From Octopus sinensis (taxonomy: Eukaryota), in assembly GCF_006345805.1 (NCBI RefSeq), contig NC_042999.1, positions 105,214,001 through 105,278,000 on the forward strand: a DNA stretch of 64,000 nucleotides. Direction: 5' to 3'. Position numbers and translations under genes: made by a program. Below, piece by piece: positions 12,654 through 25,580 of the stretch. How positions within the stretch are numbered: the first letter of the stretch is position 1; each line of letters opens with the position of its first letter. The notes beneath the pieces were generated by a model, which saw only the letters and a program-made list of their open reading frames with translations, ran no database searches and had not been told where the DNA came from.

Positions 12654-13458
12654 TTTATAATTTATTTAAATGAGAAAGTTGCGGTGTTGATTGCGGATTT
12701 GCAGGATACACCCGCTGATATCACGAGTATTACTGATATCAAGACTAAAATCACTGCTTTTACTGACGTTCCTTTGGACAAAATGCCAGTTTTGTTTAAC
12801 AAAACGCCTACGTTCTCAGTAGATATTTGTTCGCGGAATCTATAAAATAGAAAAAAAGAATCAGAGGGATCGGAAACATCCTTTCGATTGGCGATTCCCA
12901 ATATTTGAAATATTAGAAGAATACAACAGGATGGAATACGTCTGTTTTAGAGAAGGAGCATTTTATAGAAGAGTACACATTGTAGTGTGCTTCGAAAGGT
13001 CAAGTAGAACTCTCAATGCTGAAAAGATTTGAAGGATCTGTCGCTTATTGGAGCAAGTTGAATGGCATAAAGTGGACAGCGTAATGGAAGGAAATTCTTA
13101 GGCACTACCACAACCTTAATCTGAAGCGACATTAAATGCGTTCTCTCATGCAGTCTATATAAGTAACGTAGTTAAACTGGAACGATAGAATGGGCTACCG
13201 CGTTTTAGAGAATACTGTTGAAAATTGAAGTTTATATTCTCAAAACATACATCATATTCAAGTATCTATCATACGGAAAAGATTAGCAGTCTCTGGTGGA
13301 TGTTTCAAACTATAAAATGAAAGTTTTGCTTTGCAGTTTTGAAAGCACTTGCTGAAAAGTGATGTTAATATCGGTGTGCATCTATGCCTCTATCTTTTTG
13401 CACGACTCTCTGCCTGCCTACGTATGTATCTAATAGTCTAATCACTACCTGTGTAGAA

Positions 13459-13546
<88 letters not shown>

Positions 13547-13559
13547 TGTGTGAGTGTGT

Positions 13560-14750
13560 GAGGGTAAGTCTAAAAATAATGCAATTTGTTAATTATGCAA
13601 AAATTAAGCAACACGATAAAACCAATCGTACAGCCAATATTGCTATACATTACCAGTTCATATCTCCAATTCTCAACATAGTTACACCTTCTCAATGATA
13701 GCATTCCACGTACGAATGAGGGCATATTTTCCACCTTTGTAAAACATAGCAGGTTGTTGACATAGCCAATTCCTTTCAACAATTTTCACTACTTCATCAC
13801 CATCACAATATTTACCTCTCAGTGACCTTTTTCATTCAACCAAAGAAATGGAAGTCTGAATGCGATGAGTCACGCATATAAGAAGAATGCAACAAAATTG
13901 TCCACCCGAAGAAGCTGCTTGCCTTCCCTGATGTTTGCTCTAAATCTTTTAAAATACTCAGTGTATGATTCAGAGTTTACCGTTCTTTTCTCTTGCCGAA
14001 AAGAATAAGACCGTCAGAATATTAAAAGAGAGTTGCCATGATTTTCCCAGTTGACTTTTCTGCCATGAATATTTTGTGTTTGGACCCGTCGAATGACACT
14101 CTTTCATAGTTTGTCTTTTTTGAGTCTGGTCCATACTGCTGAATCCAAGTTCCATCACAATTTATGAGTCTTTGGAAGAAAACTTTGTCTCTTTCATTAA
14201 CTCATTGCAACAGATTAATACTTTCCGTTCTCACATCATCTATCAGTTGTTTTGATACCAAGTAGATTCGCACTTTTGTATATCCAAGTGACTCAATTAT
14301 GTCGTGGGCACTATCATGGCTTACCCGAAGCTCTGATGCCATCTCATCATATTATTATGCACCTATCAACTCATTAATTAAAGCGTCCGCAGTTTCCTTG
14401 TTGGCTGGGTTTACACAAATTGATGGGTGGCCACTACGAAGCATGTTTGCTAAACTTTAATTTCCCAAGTTTTGGTCTCTTCAATTCAGATTCACACATT
14501 TCCGTAGATTAAACATTTATGTTTCTAAGTATTTTTTCAGTCTTTTGTGAATGTTTACAGGAGTTTCTTCTCCGGCAACAAGGAACTCAGCTATTGAATT
14601 TTGTTTGTCATGGACTTCCTACAGGGCATCCATTTATATATCAGCTTATTTATTCATATTTCTGAAAATAGAATAAATAACTAAAGTTGAAGAGGAAGAT
14701 GCCCTTCTTATGAAAAATGTATGCTTTACATTTTCATTCAACCGTGTATA
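13560..14750 (-). mobile_element. Degenerate near-full-length mariner element
   Basis: Interrupted frames give KQNSIAEFLVAGEETPVNIHKRL, RSGHP, a ...KSQLGKS region, GWTILLH and SDFHFFG. TIR-like ends GAGGGTAAGTCTAAAAA (about 13560) and TTTTCATTCAACCGTGTA (about 14732-14749). Confidence 0.8.
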
Positions 14751-15149
14751 TGAAAACAAAACACACACACTCAAGCTGATACACGCAGATCCACATACTC
14801 AAATAAACACACAAACACAAACACAAGCACATACACACAAACATATACAAACACCACTGTAACAAATTATCGACTAGATGGTCAGATGCTATTGCACACG
14901 GCTGGTCACAATGTGCTTCCAATTCTATATTGATTGCGCCATTTTTTCCAACTTGGCCGCAATCGCTTATGTGAATCTTTCTCTTATCGTTGTGGGAGCC
15001 TTGCAAGTGGCCTTTTCTGAACTCTTGGCTGACTGTGAGCATTGCGACATGTCCGGTACAGCAGAAGTCTGCTGTCAGTATTTTGTGACCACATTAGAAC
15101 TGTTCCTTTCTTAAATGATCTCATTTCGAATATATATTGTATATTTCAT

Positions 15150-15213
<64 letters not shown>

Positions 15214-15298
15214 GTGTGTACATACATACATACATACATACATACATACATACATACATACATACATACATACATACATACATACATACATACATACA

Positions 15299-15330
<32 letters not shown>
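15150..15330. repeat. (CT)n-(CA)n-(TA)n-(TACA)n compound microsatellite
   Basis: Direct repeats. Confidence 0.95.
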
Positions 15331-15331
<1 letters not shown>

Positions 15332-18300
15332 GCATAAAGACACGCACACACTGATTGGTTTATTTCCTCTCGATTAGATTTTAAATAATTTGTCTGGAAA
15401 TAAGCGAATACCTATGTTGCTTTTATTAATTGGTGATGATTGTGTTGAAACATAGAGTATCCAAACAGGAGCATACACACAAACTTGTGAAATGGGCATC
15501 TTGAGAGAAGGAGGTCACTGGTAATATATTAAATATAAAGCCAATTAGCCAACACATTTTGTTCATGACCAAACTAAAAATATCATTTGAATTAATTTTG
15601 AAAACATTTGTTATCTACGGATGACTTATTTCTTTGGTAATTGGCAGATAATAATTTCTCATTCACATATAGGTGGTCTGAATTATACTTCTCTACATTA
15701 TTATTGTTTAACGCCACAAACTATCAATATTCATGCTTACATACACATTCAAATACACATCCCTAACTAATAAATTCCTTTGCTAGCAAAATATAGATAC
15801 TTCTTAATCGCACGGATGACTGCGAGAAATAGCCGCCAAACTTCTCTCAACTGATAAACTGAGCATCCTTAATGTTATGTATAACTGGATAAACAATGCT
15901 TAAATAAAAGAAGAGATGATCGTCATTGAGATATTGTACTTATAAATGTCTCCTCAGGTCTTCCTTCTAGCTAAACATTTGTCCCAAGTCCAACACACTA
16001 GATCGTTAGTATCACATCGCGAATAAAATTATTTAACTCCACCGTAGATTACTTTTCATTGATATTATATTTCTAGTTTAACTGCATTACACCTTAAGTT
16101 TAAATATAATGAACACATATCAAATGAAAACCATTTTAAAATCATTTTTCTGTTTATATAATATATTATGCTGCCTTGTAATATTATATTTGAAAATAAT
16201 TGCGATGGCAGGGGATGCCATTTATCGTTAGGTAGCCGTTTTAAAAATGACCTTCTTCTTATGTAGAAATAGATCAAACCGTAAAAAGTGTAACTATGTA
16301 CATCATTGATCATTTTGCGAAAAAATGAATACGAAATCTTTCTTAGATCCCATCCCTCGCCTTAAATAGGGAATCTATTAATAATATATAATGAAATTCA
16401 AAATATATCTTTAAAACAGCAGTGGCATATCTGTTGTTGGTATTCACTCCAACTTTTGAGGTGGAGTTAAATAATTCTGTACAGAAAGCGACACGTGATT
16501 CTCTTATATTATTTTTTTGTGGTTTCTTTCAAGAGAATCTGGTCATGGTTGATCGTCAATTTAAGCATATAGCCTATTATTTATAGCAATGCCGCTTTTC
16601 AAACGTTCTCATTCTATCAGCCTCTCGGGGATGAAATAAGATTTTCAGGACGATGTGCTTTGAACTTAGAATGTAAATGCACGTAACCAAATAAGCAATC
16701 GATTTTGGTATACTCCGCTTTTAGCATCAATAAAAAAAACAAACAACAATGAATATAAAATAAAATTGACAATGACAAGCTGATGTTTTAGACTTGCCAA
16801 ATTTTCACAAATTATTATTGAGTTATTCCTATGTAGTAAGTTTCCTCAAGTAGTGATGACAAGCTGTTCAACGAAAACATATTTATCTGGGTACAATACA
16901 TTTATTAGCTGCCATACATCTGAATGCCATGACTATATCCTCTAAGTATTTAACAGAACAACGACATTGATAAATAACAAAGCAATAATAGGAACATCGA
17001 CTCTAGCAAGTCTATAAAGCCAACACATCAATCTAGTGTCACAAAACCTATAATAATATATCGTAAAGGTCAAGTCACTTATACACGATTATACTACAGT
17101 CTGCTTCACTAGCAACACACGCGCGCATACAAATGCTAACATACACGTATGTTCACTGATAAATACAAAACATTGAAATATTCACATTCATAAACTCTCT
17201 TTAAAAACCATTCCTGTTAATTTCTAGAACTTACTATTAGACGAATTGATTATTTCCTGAAGAACATTCTCTCCAAACCATAATTATTGAATTTTAGTCT
17301 CCTTGTGCAGCACTGATGCACAAATTCTCTCACTCATTGCCAAATAAAATTTTCCAGTTGAGTGAAGAATATCTAAAAATATTTTCCTATTGTCTGAAGC
17401 AAATCACTCTTTTGAAAGTTGAAATATTGTAAAAGAGCTGAGTGGAAAATATACACTGTTAGCAGCGCTTATATATGTGTTCAAATTCTGTCTTGCTTAA
17501 GGGTGCTTCTTCAGATATTATAAAGGAAGGATGGTAGGAAGTCAGAATTATTATTGTTAGATAGCCCTGATCAAGGATTAAGTTTCAGTTTTATGTTACC
17601 GCATTTAAATATATCAAATACTGTATTTCTCAATGTGCACTTTCTTATAATGTCTTCATTGTGTTATCAAAGGAATTGAGCTCCTATTTTAGCACGTTTA
17701 CTAACTTCATACATAATTTAATCATTGGCTGCAACAATATGCAATACATGTAATCTTATATCAGGAAACCGAATCTAATGTCATATACTGTGTTCCTGCT
17801 CTATAAATACAGTGTTCATACTTTTATTGTTATTATCATGGTATTTACTTATCGTGAATCAATTTCCATATTATTTGACTAAATATCACAAAATCTTATT
17901 CACAACTAATTATTATCCATACTCTATGCTAATGAGACACTATGTTGTTTTACTGAGATCATCTCACTGCATATGAAATATTTTAGATCTTACATTGCTT
18001 TAAAGTTCTAATTTTAGATATAAGGAAATTTAGACTTGCTCAGTAATTGATACAGTGTGTAAGTATATTCGCTGGTAACAGGGCAATACATTATTTAAAG
18101 CAACAATGCTTGATGTCAAAATATGGGATGCCCATGTTTTGAATGCACTACTTTCAAATAAACATGGTATTTTCATTGAGAAATTTGCTTAAAGGCAACA
18201 TAGGTGCACACAAATCATTATTCGTAGTAACACATTGCGAAAGTAAGTCAACAGTGTCCCAGCTGAATAATGATAGACGTGAAGAAATCATTGATGCCAA

Positions 18301-18660
18301 TGTGAGTTGATGCTTGTGAATGATTATCATCTAACAATCTAATATTTGTCGCTAGGATATCAGATGCTAGCGGCGTTGTTTTATATCGTTTGAGGCTGGT
18401 GACGTTGAGTTAACTTTAAGTTGAATATCTGGTCAGAAATATTTCAAGAGAATGTACGAAGCTAAACGAAGTGGAAGCCTAGGTATTGGTGTTAAACTGG
18501 GTGACTGCTTTTGTCTAACAGCTAAAAGCTGCGAAAATTCTTCGACAGTCTTCATTCAGTCACTTTCATGGAACTTTACTCATCAAGTCAGTCAATACCT
18601 GATTCAATATAATATTACTATTTCAGCCTCTCTGTAAGGAAATATTTCAAACATTTCGCT

Positions 18661-18852
18661 ATCTTCTTCTTCTTCTTCTTCTTCTTCTTCTTCTTCTTCT
18701 TCTTCTTCTTCTTCTTCTTCTTCTTCTTCTTCTTCTTCTTCTTCTTCTTCTTCTTCTTCTTCTCTTCTTCTTCTTCTTCTTCTTCTTCTTCTTCTTCTTC
18801 TCTTCTTCTTCTCTTCTTCTTCTTCTTCTTCTTCTTCTTCTTCTTCTTCTTC
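18661..18852. repeat. (TTC)n microsatellite
   Basis: About 190-bp polypyrimidine triplet run with few interruptions. Confidence 0.95.
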
Positions 18853-18942
18853 CTTCTCTGCCTCCTCTTCACTAGCCAGGTATATATATATGTGCGTGCG
18901 TATGAGTTTGTGCATGTGCATATACATACATACATGAATAAA

Positions 18943-19010
<68 letters not shown>

Positions 19011-19734
19011 CACACAGAGGGGCAAATATCGTCGGAGAGAAGCTAGTATATTTCAAGTTTTGTCTTTTATATTACTCTGATTCAATTTTCAGATGAAGTT
19101 TTTAATTCCTGGGAATTTATTTGATTAATTATCATACTATTCACATCTGTTACAAATGCTAGATCTGAAAATCATTGATTATGTCGCATAATTATCATAT
19201 TTAAATATTACAGCTGAATGTTCAATTCAAAACCAAGACTTTTTCTTTAGACTTGCTCAGTAATTTAGTGATGCACGCTGCCTAACCTTCTACATAACAC
19301 TGTTTTACCATTCACTTTTGTATTGCTTACAGTATCAGCACGGTCATTTCCATGTTGTTAAGACTTTTCCTTTGAAATCACATGAATTACTCTTCGGTAT
19401 CTTGGGGAGGTCTCTAATAGATTAGCCCTCTGTCTTTCCATATGTTTTATCAATTGGTACTTAATACTGTCATTTGTTGTTTGCTTGACTGTCTTTGGGA
19501 GATTTCGGACGAAAGATCTGGTTTGAGGAAAATCAATGATGCGGTAATGTCTTCAGTCGCAGCTAAAGTGTCATTAAAGATGTGGTTTATTCTTTCTTAC
19601 ACAAGCCGTGGACTTATAGAAATTATCATGGATGATATTCTGACAAATTTGTCGAGCGACTATCAATATTCAGGCACCGACAATCTCTTAATTAATTTAA
19701 TTAAAAACTATTAAGGGAATTTATAGATTGATAC

Positions 19735-20056
19735 CATGTTTTTTGGCGAGAAACTAACAAGTGAGGAGAGCTCGGTGAAGGATCTAAATCTTCACGCTCC
19801 ACAGATCGGGTCACTTTCGCCGAATGTTCCCCCTCAGACGTTTCAAAACGTCGTTGTAGAGCTCGCGATCCACGGTCTGGTCCTGGGGGTCAAATACTCG
19901 ATGTACAATACCACATGTTTGAGGGTGACGCTCGTGGCGGATGTTTCAAATCGCTCATCGTCTTTCATTGATGTGTTTCTGCCTTTAAAGCGCCTGTGCC
20001 ACGCAAAACAGTGCGTGCGGCTGATTGTTTCATGTCGTAAGCTTACCGAAGCATAT
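19735..20056 (-). mobile_element. Internally deleted mariner transposase fragment
   Basis: ISRTHCFAWHRRFKGRNTSMKDDERFETSATS (HTH region, cf. ...EDDERSGRPSTS) joined to PQDQTVDRELYNDVLKRLRGNIRRK*PDLW (catalytic region). Confidence 0.8.
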
Positions 20057-20133
20057 ATATATATATATATATACACATATAAATGTATTGTATGTATGTA
20101 TATATATATTATATATATATATGTCTGTATATG

Positions 20134-20179
<46 letters not shown>

Positions 20180-20182
<3 letters not shown>

Positions 20183-20362
20183 ATCCAAACAAGAAAGCAC
20201 AAAAAACGAAACAACGCGAGGACGTGGGACAAATATAGAATTATTGGACGCTCAGGAAAGAAGGAAAGGAGGGTTTAACGTTTCGAGCGGAGCTCTTCGT
20301 CGGAAACATAGGAGAAGGAAAGATCCAGAGAAGAGAAGACAGAGGAAAAAAATCGCCAACGA
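20180..20362 (-). mobile_element. Penelope-related short repeat, family 1 (second copy)
   Basis: Reverse-complement homolog of 10790-10935, flanked by (TA)n on both sides. Confidence 0.7.
20273..20307 (-). ncRNA. Minimal type I hammerhead-like motif
   Basis: Minus strand GTTT-CCGACGA-A-GAGCTCCGCTC-GAAAC-GTT-AAAC; stem I is GTTT/AAAC. Confidence 0.5.
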
Positions 20363-21590
20363 TTATATATATATATATATATATATATACAGGTATGCAT
20401 GTATGTGTATAAACAGTTCCCTGTTGCAACTGTGCCTGTGACTGTGTGTATGTGAGTATAAGCGACTTGATAACAATGAATTTCCGGGTGTCACTATTGG
20501 CAAAAAAAAGGCAAAGTCTTTAGAGACATGTAATTAGATTACTCTCTCAGAATATGCGTGTGGTATACTAATGTTCTTAGTTCCCATTGCTCCGCTTATT
20601 AAAGTCTAACCAAGTCAGCATATTTAGAATGCATGGTGAATGTCGATTTCTGAATGAACATGAAATCCACATCCTTCTGTACCTGGATCCAATTTCATTC
20701 AAACAGTGATTGGAACTTTTCTGAGTAGTTTTGAGAATGTATTCATAATTTTTTATCTGATACTACACGAAGTCTTCAGTTCCTTCTTATATTGTTTTGA
20801 TTTTGTTTTTGTTTTTTTTGTTTTTCATTTGTGTAATGTTATAGATACATTTCATTCTAGTTAACTGTATACGTGATATAAATCCGCGTTGACTTAATAT
20901 TGTAGCATCTCAAGAAAACAAAGCCAGGCCCACAGAAAATATAACGAAAGCTTACAGTTGCATTCCTATTTATCGATATATGGATCAATAAACAAATTCT
21001 GTACTGCACATGGTCACTTCAGCTACGAAACCCCGTCACCTATTTCTTTTACAGAATGAAGCATGTTTCATATTTCACAGCCACTTATCTGACTTCTCTT
21101 TCTCAATGTTAATCATCTTTCTTCTGCTCGGTCACATTCAGGTCCATCCAACCAGTTTGATGTTGTCGCTATTATTGATCAGATATGAATGTGAATATCC
21201 TATAAAGTGAACTTTGTATGGAATTCTTTCTTCTCATTCTAATCTCAGGCCGGATTTCATTGGTTGATGGATCTTTATCTACCTTGGATGAATTTAACTG
21301 GATTGGCCCTTGTAACATTAACTCCGGTATGCTTAAGCACCAACCAATCGTATTTTCTATCTTTCTTATAGTAATCACAATATAGCTTGTCAACTGTTGA
21401 CCATTAATGCGACATATATCCGTTTGCATATCTGTATGTACGTAGTTATAATATATCCGCATGTGTATACATACATATGCATTACTCTTCCTCTTCTTTC
21501 TTCCTCTGTTTAACTCTTCTCTTTTTCTCTTTCTCTATGTATAATCACATAAACATACACATATATACTTATATACATACACACACACAG

Positions 21591-21637
<47 letters not shown>

Positions 21638-22589
21638 TACATACATACATACATACATATACATATACATACATACACATATAAAGAAACAATTGGAGAA
21701 ATGAAGATATACTTTTGTACGCTGCGTGATATTTCTAAGAACGGAAGCTATTCTTACAGTTACACACTCTATCTGTCTTTCACAAATTCACAAACACACA
21801 CACACACCTAATAAAAGCAGTCTATAAAATATATTGTTTCTATATATTCTACAATGATTATTTAAATAACATTCCAATAACTATAATATCTATTGATTAG
21901 CAGCGTCTTTACACCATTAAACACTATATATGTAAGATTCTTCGTACCCAGTAAGTCCTAGTGAAAAAGTAATGTTTTCTGTGTGTTTGTTGGATTCGTA
22001 ATGAACGACTCGTTGTTGAAGACATAAATCATCACGATATTTAACATAAATGTTTATCTGCCTTGCTCCACATTCTCTGTTGCGCATCACTTTATAGCTA
22101 TAACTCTTACATATATGAAAGAAAACGCTTTTCATTTCTAGGTGATCGACCATATTGACAGTTCAAATTTTGATCAATTAGAACTTCTTTCTTATCAATA
22201 ATTTCAATGATAGACTTTTTATTGGGTACGAGTAGGGTATTTTCTGATTAAGTTGACTACTTCAACTTTGTTACAACATGAAGCTTTATGCCAAATTGTA
22301 CAACTATTGTATTATATACTACACCTAACAAATTATTTTCTGTTACGGCTTTTTTTAAATAGAAATTTGTTGTAATTCAACTTGGGTGAAAAATTTCCCA
22401 TACTTTCTTGATGTCAAGAACTTTGCACATTTTCCGTACAAGCAACAATTGTTGAAATTTGCTGCGAAAGAAAAGACGCGCACAAATAGCATTCAGAAAA
22501 CTACTTACACGATTTTACTCTGAATAGAATTTTAACCATGATAAAATTATTTCTTGTATTAGAAATTAGAAAATGTCTAACATTACGTA

Positions 22590-22590
22590 T

Positions 22591-22649
<59 letters not shown>

Positions 22650-22650
22650 T

Positions 22651-22689
<39 letters not shown>

Positions 22690-22697
22690 TGCTCCTG

Positions 22698-22767
<70 letters not shown>

Positions 22768-22776
22768 CACCACCAC
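22590..22776. repeat. (TAC)n-(TGC)n-(TAC)n-(CAC)n compound triplet repeat
   Basis: Direct repeats. Confidence 0.95.
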
Positions 22777-22819
22777 CGTTCTTTTTGGTGAATTTTTCGC
22801 GGGGGCCAGCTAGTAATTA

Positions 22820-22853
<34 letters not shown>

Positions 22854-22992
22854 CATTGCCTTTGCACAGCTTCTGAAGCTGGAGATGTACTACGGTTAAC
22901 TAAAGTAACACCTCTTATTTTCGAGCACCTTCCGGAATAATCGAGCGGTTCCAAGCAGTGCTGTTTTCTACAAGTGGTCGACTGTTATTGCA
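22854..22992 (-). mobile_element. R4/Dong-like LINE 3' end (host of the nested RTE)
   Basis: AITVDHL*KTALLGTARLFRKVLE followed by a short UTR and a (TAA)n tail at about 22814-22853. Confidence 0.85.
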
Positions 22993-24063
22993 ACGTTCGA
23001 TTCAGTAGATAGGTACAAGATGTTTGAAATCCTTAAGCTCTATGGGATACCAGACAAAATCATTTCTGCCATCAAGATCCTCTACACAGATATGTCTTCA
23101 ACCATCTTAACCCCTGACAGAGAAACATCATCTTTCGCAATCAAACCCGGAATACTGTAGGGAGACACACTCGCCCCATTTCTTTTCATCATTGTTGTTG
23201 ATTATGTGCTACGTATGTCAGTTGATACAATCTCTGGCAAGGGCTTTGAAATAGAACCAAGAAGAAGTTACAGACACCCAGCTGAGTACTTGACAGACAC
23301 TGACTTTGCTGACGACATCGCTCTTATCAGTGATTATCTCTCCAATGCCCAGTCTCTTTTACAATCTCTTGAACAAGCCTCAAATTGTGTAGGTCTTTAC
23401 CTCAATGAGGCCAAGACTGAATACAATAACAAGTGCCTGTCCAACAGTGATTGTATCATCCATACTCTCAACAATGCCCCCTTTAATATGGTTTCTGATT
23501 ACAAATATCTTGGGTCATACATATCATCATCTGGAAAAGACTTTCTAACTAGAAATGGTATGGCCTGGTCAGCCTGTAATGAAATGCATAAGACCTGGTC
23601 ATCAAATCTAAGTAGAGACTTCAAGCTTGAAATCTTCAAAGCCACAGTCGGACCAATTCTACTATATGGCTCAGAAACCTGGACGTTATCAAAGACGCTT
23701 GAGAGGCGATTGGATGGAACCTACACTCGCCTCCTTATGAGAGCTCAAAATCTCTCGTGGAAGCGCCATCCAACCAAAATGCAAATATATGGGAAACTAC
23801 CACCTGTGTCATCTCTTGTGAAAGGTAAGAGAGTCCAGTTTGCTAGACATTGTTGTAGAGCTGAAAAAAAGCTAATTTCTACTCTTCTCCTCTGGAAGCC
23901 ATCTACCCACGATACCAGAGGGCGCACACTCTCCTACCCTGATGTAATCTCCAGGGATACAGGCATCTAGCAACAGGACCTCCGTAATGCCATGATGGAC
24001 CGTGAAGTCTGGCGTAGCATGGTAAATTCCATTGTCTCGACCACGGTCGAACAATGATGATGA
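22993..24063 (+). mobile_element. 5'-truncated RTE LINE
   Basis: Starts at FDSVDR; includes GDTLAPFLF, ORF 23206-23970 (TDFADDIAL, YKYLGS, ILLYGSETW) and a (TGA)n tail. Flanked by TGTTATTGCA on both sides. Confidence 0.95.
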
Positions 24064-24073
24064 TGTTATTGCA

Positions 24074-25470
24074 GCCCCTATTTGTTCCACGTACTTCTCG
24101 AGATTTTTGCTCATTGTTTCCAGGTCTCTTATTCCGTCTGTTTAACTTTGACTTAAGGACCAGTCTCAGTCTGCGCAAGTACTGCATCTTAATTTTTTCT
24201 GTCATTTCTTTCTCCATCAACTTATCCATTTCCAAAATCCCCAAGTACTTATTGCCCGTCTCTTCTATCTGCTTCATAACCTCCCCCGACGGTATCGTTA
24301 GCCCGTCCATATATTTGATTTTACCCCTCCTCCTGATTAAGAAACAACACTTTCTCACTCGGAACACCATTGTGATATCAGCACTGAAGGTATACACCGT
24401 ATCAACGAGGGAACTGACTTGGGCTTCATCTTTACTATAAAGTTTGAGATCATCCATGAATAACAAATAACTGACTTTTTGTTAGCGGCTTTTGAATACT
24501 TACCCAGCTTTTGCCATCCTCAGAATCAGTGGTAGTGGTATCAAGCACAGTCCAAACATCAATGCGGACAGGCAGTCCTCTTGGAAGATACCTCTTCTAA
24601 TTTCTACTGTCCCTAAACTTCTTCCGCATCCTGTCAGATCCGTCCTCCAATTCGCCATGCTTTTTCCAAGCAATCGCTTAACATTCGATGCAATACCAAA
24701 TAGGTTCATACATTCCACAATCCAAGTATGTGGTATCATATTGTACGCTTTACGACAGTCTATCCATGACATGGCTAAGTTACATTCCTCTTGCAGTCTC
24801 TAAGTACAGTTTTGTCTTTCAGGAGTTGATCTTTGGTGCCTCTGCACTTACGCTTGCAACCCATCTACTCATGTTCGTACAACTATTCCAGTCAATAACT
24901 TCTGCATAAGTGTCAAACAAGATATCGGCCTATAATTGTCTACCGTATTGCCTTTTTCAATGTATTTGAAGCACAGCATTTTCGTACACAATGTCAACCA
25001 CTCTGGTGTTACTTGGTTGGCATTTAACAAGATGTTGAGTTGCGCAGCTATTCGTGCATGACATTCATTAATCATTTGGTCCAGTAGCTCTGAACTCAAT
25101 CTGGTTCCGGGGCCTTCCAGTTGCTCATTTTCTGCTGATTTCCTTCACTTCGCTAACTAAAATGACTAGTTCTTCCTGTTTTGGACAGACTACTGTTTAT
25201 TTCAGTATCCTTCTTGTGCTCCTTGTCTTTGCTTCAGATGTTACTCCAAAACCTTTGACTTTCATTGTTATCTAGTATCAACTTTTCATCTTCATACTCG
25301 CCATTATTTCTTTATAGAATCTCTTCTGATCTACTCTGAATAAACGTTTTTGGTGGTAGCACGTCAATACTTGGTCGTATCTTGCCATCTTTGCTTTCTT
25401 TGCAACCATGCGATGTTTCAGTTTCTCCATTACCACTTTCAGGCCTTTTCATTCCAGCTTCAAAATTTCC
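24074..25470 (-). mobile_element. R4/Dong-like LINE RT region, internally deleted
   Basis: RLFRVDQKRFYKE, NYRPISCL, WIDCRKAYNMIPH, RRGIFQEDCLS, LFMDDLKLY, KYLGILE, then an abrupt join to MSKNLEKYVEQIGAAIT (C-terminal). Confidence 0.92.
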
Positions 25471-25475
25471 CCAAG

Positions 25476-25580
25476 ACACCTCATGAATGCTGGAGGGTAT
25501 ATCAGCCGAAAAGTTGTGTTTACAACAAACAATATGAGGACGAATATCTGTCAAATGTAAATAATATAAATAATTTATTG
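25476..25580 (+). mobile_element. Penelope-related repeat, family 2, with degenerate hammerhead-like motif
   Basis: ACAC-CTCATGA-A-TGCTG-GAGGGTATAT-CAGCC-GAAAA-GTT-GTGT; the downstream part matches 11700-11780. Confidence 0.6.
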
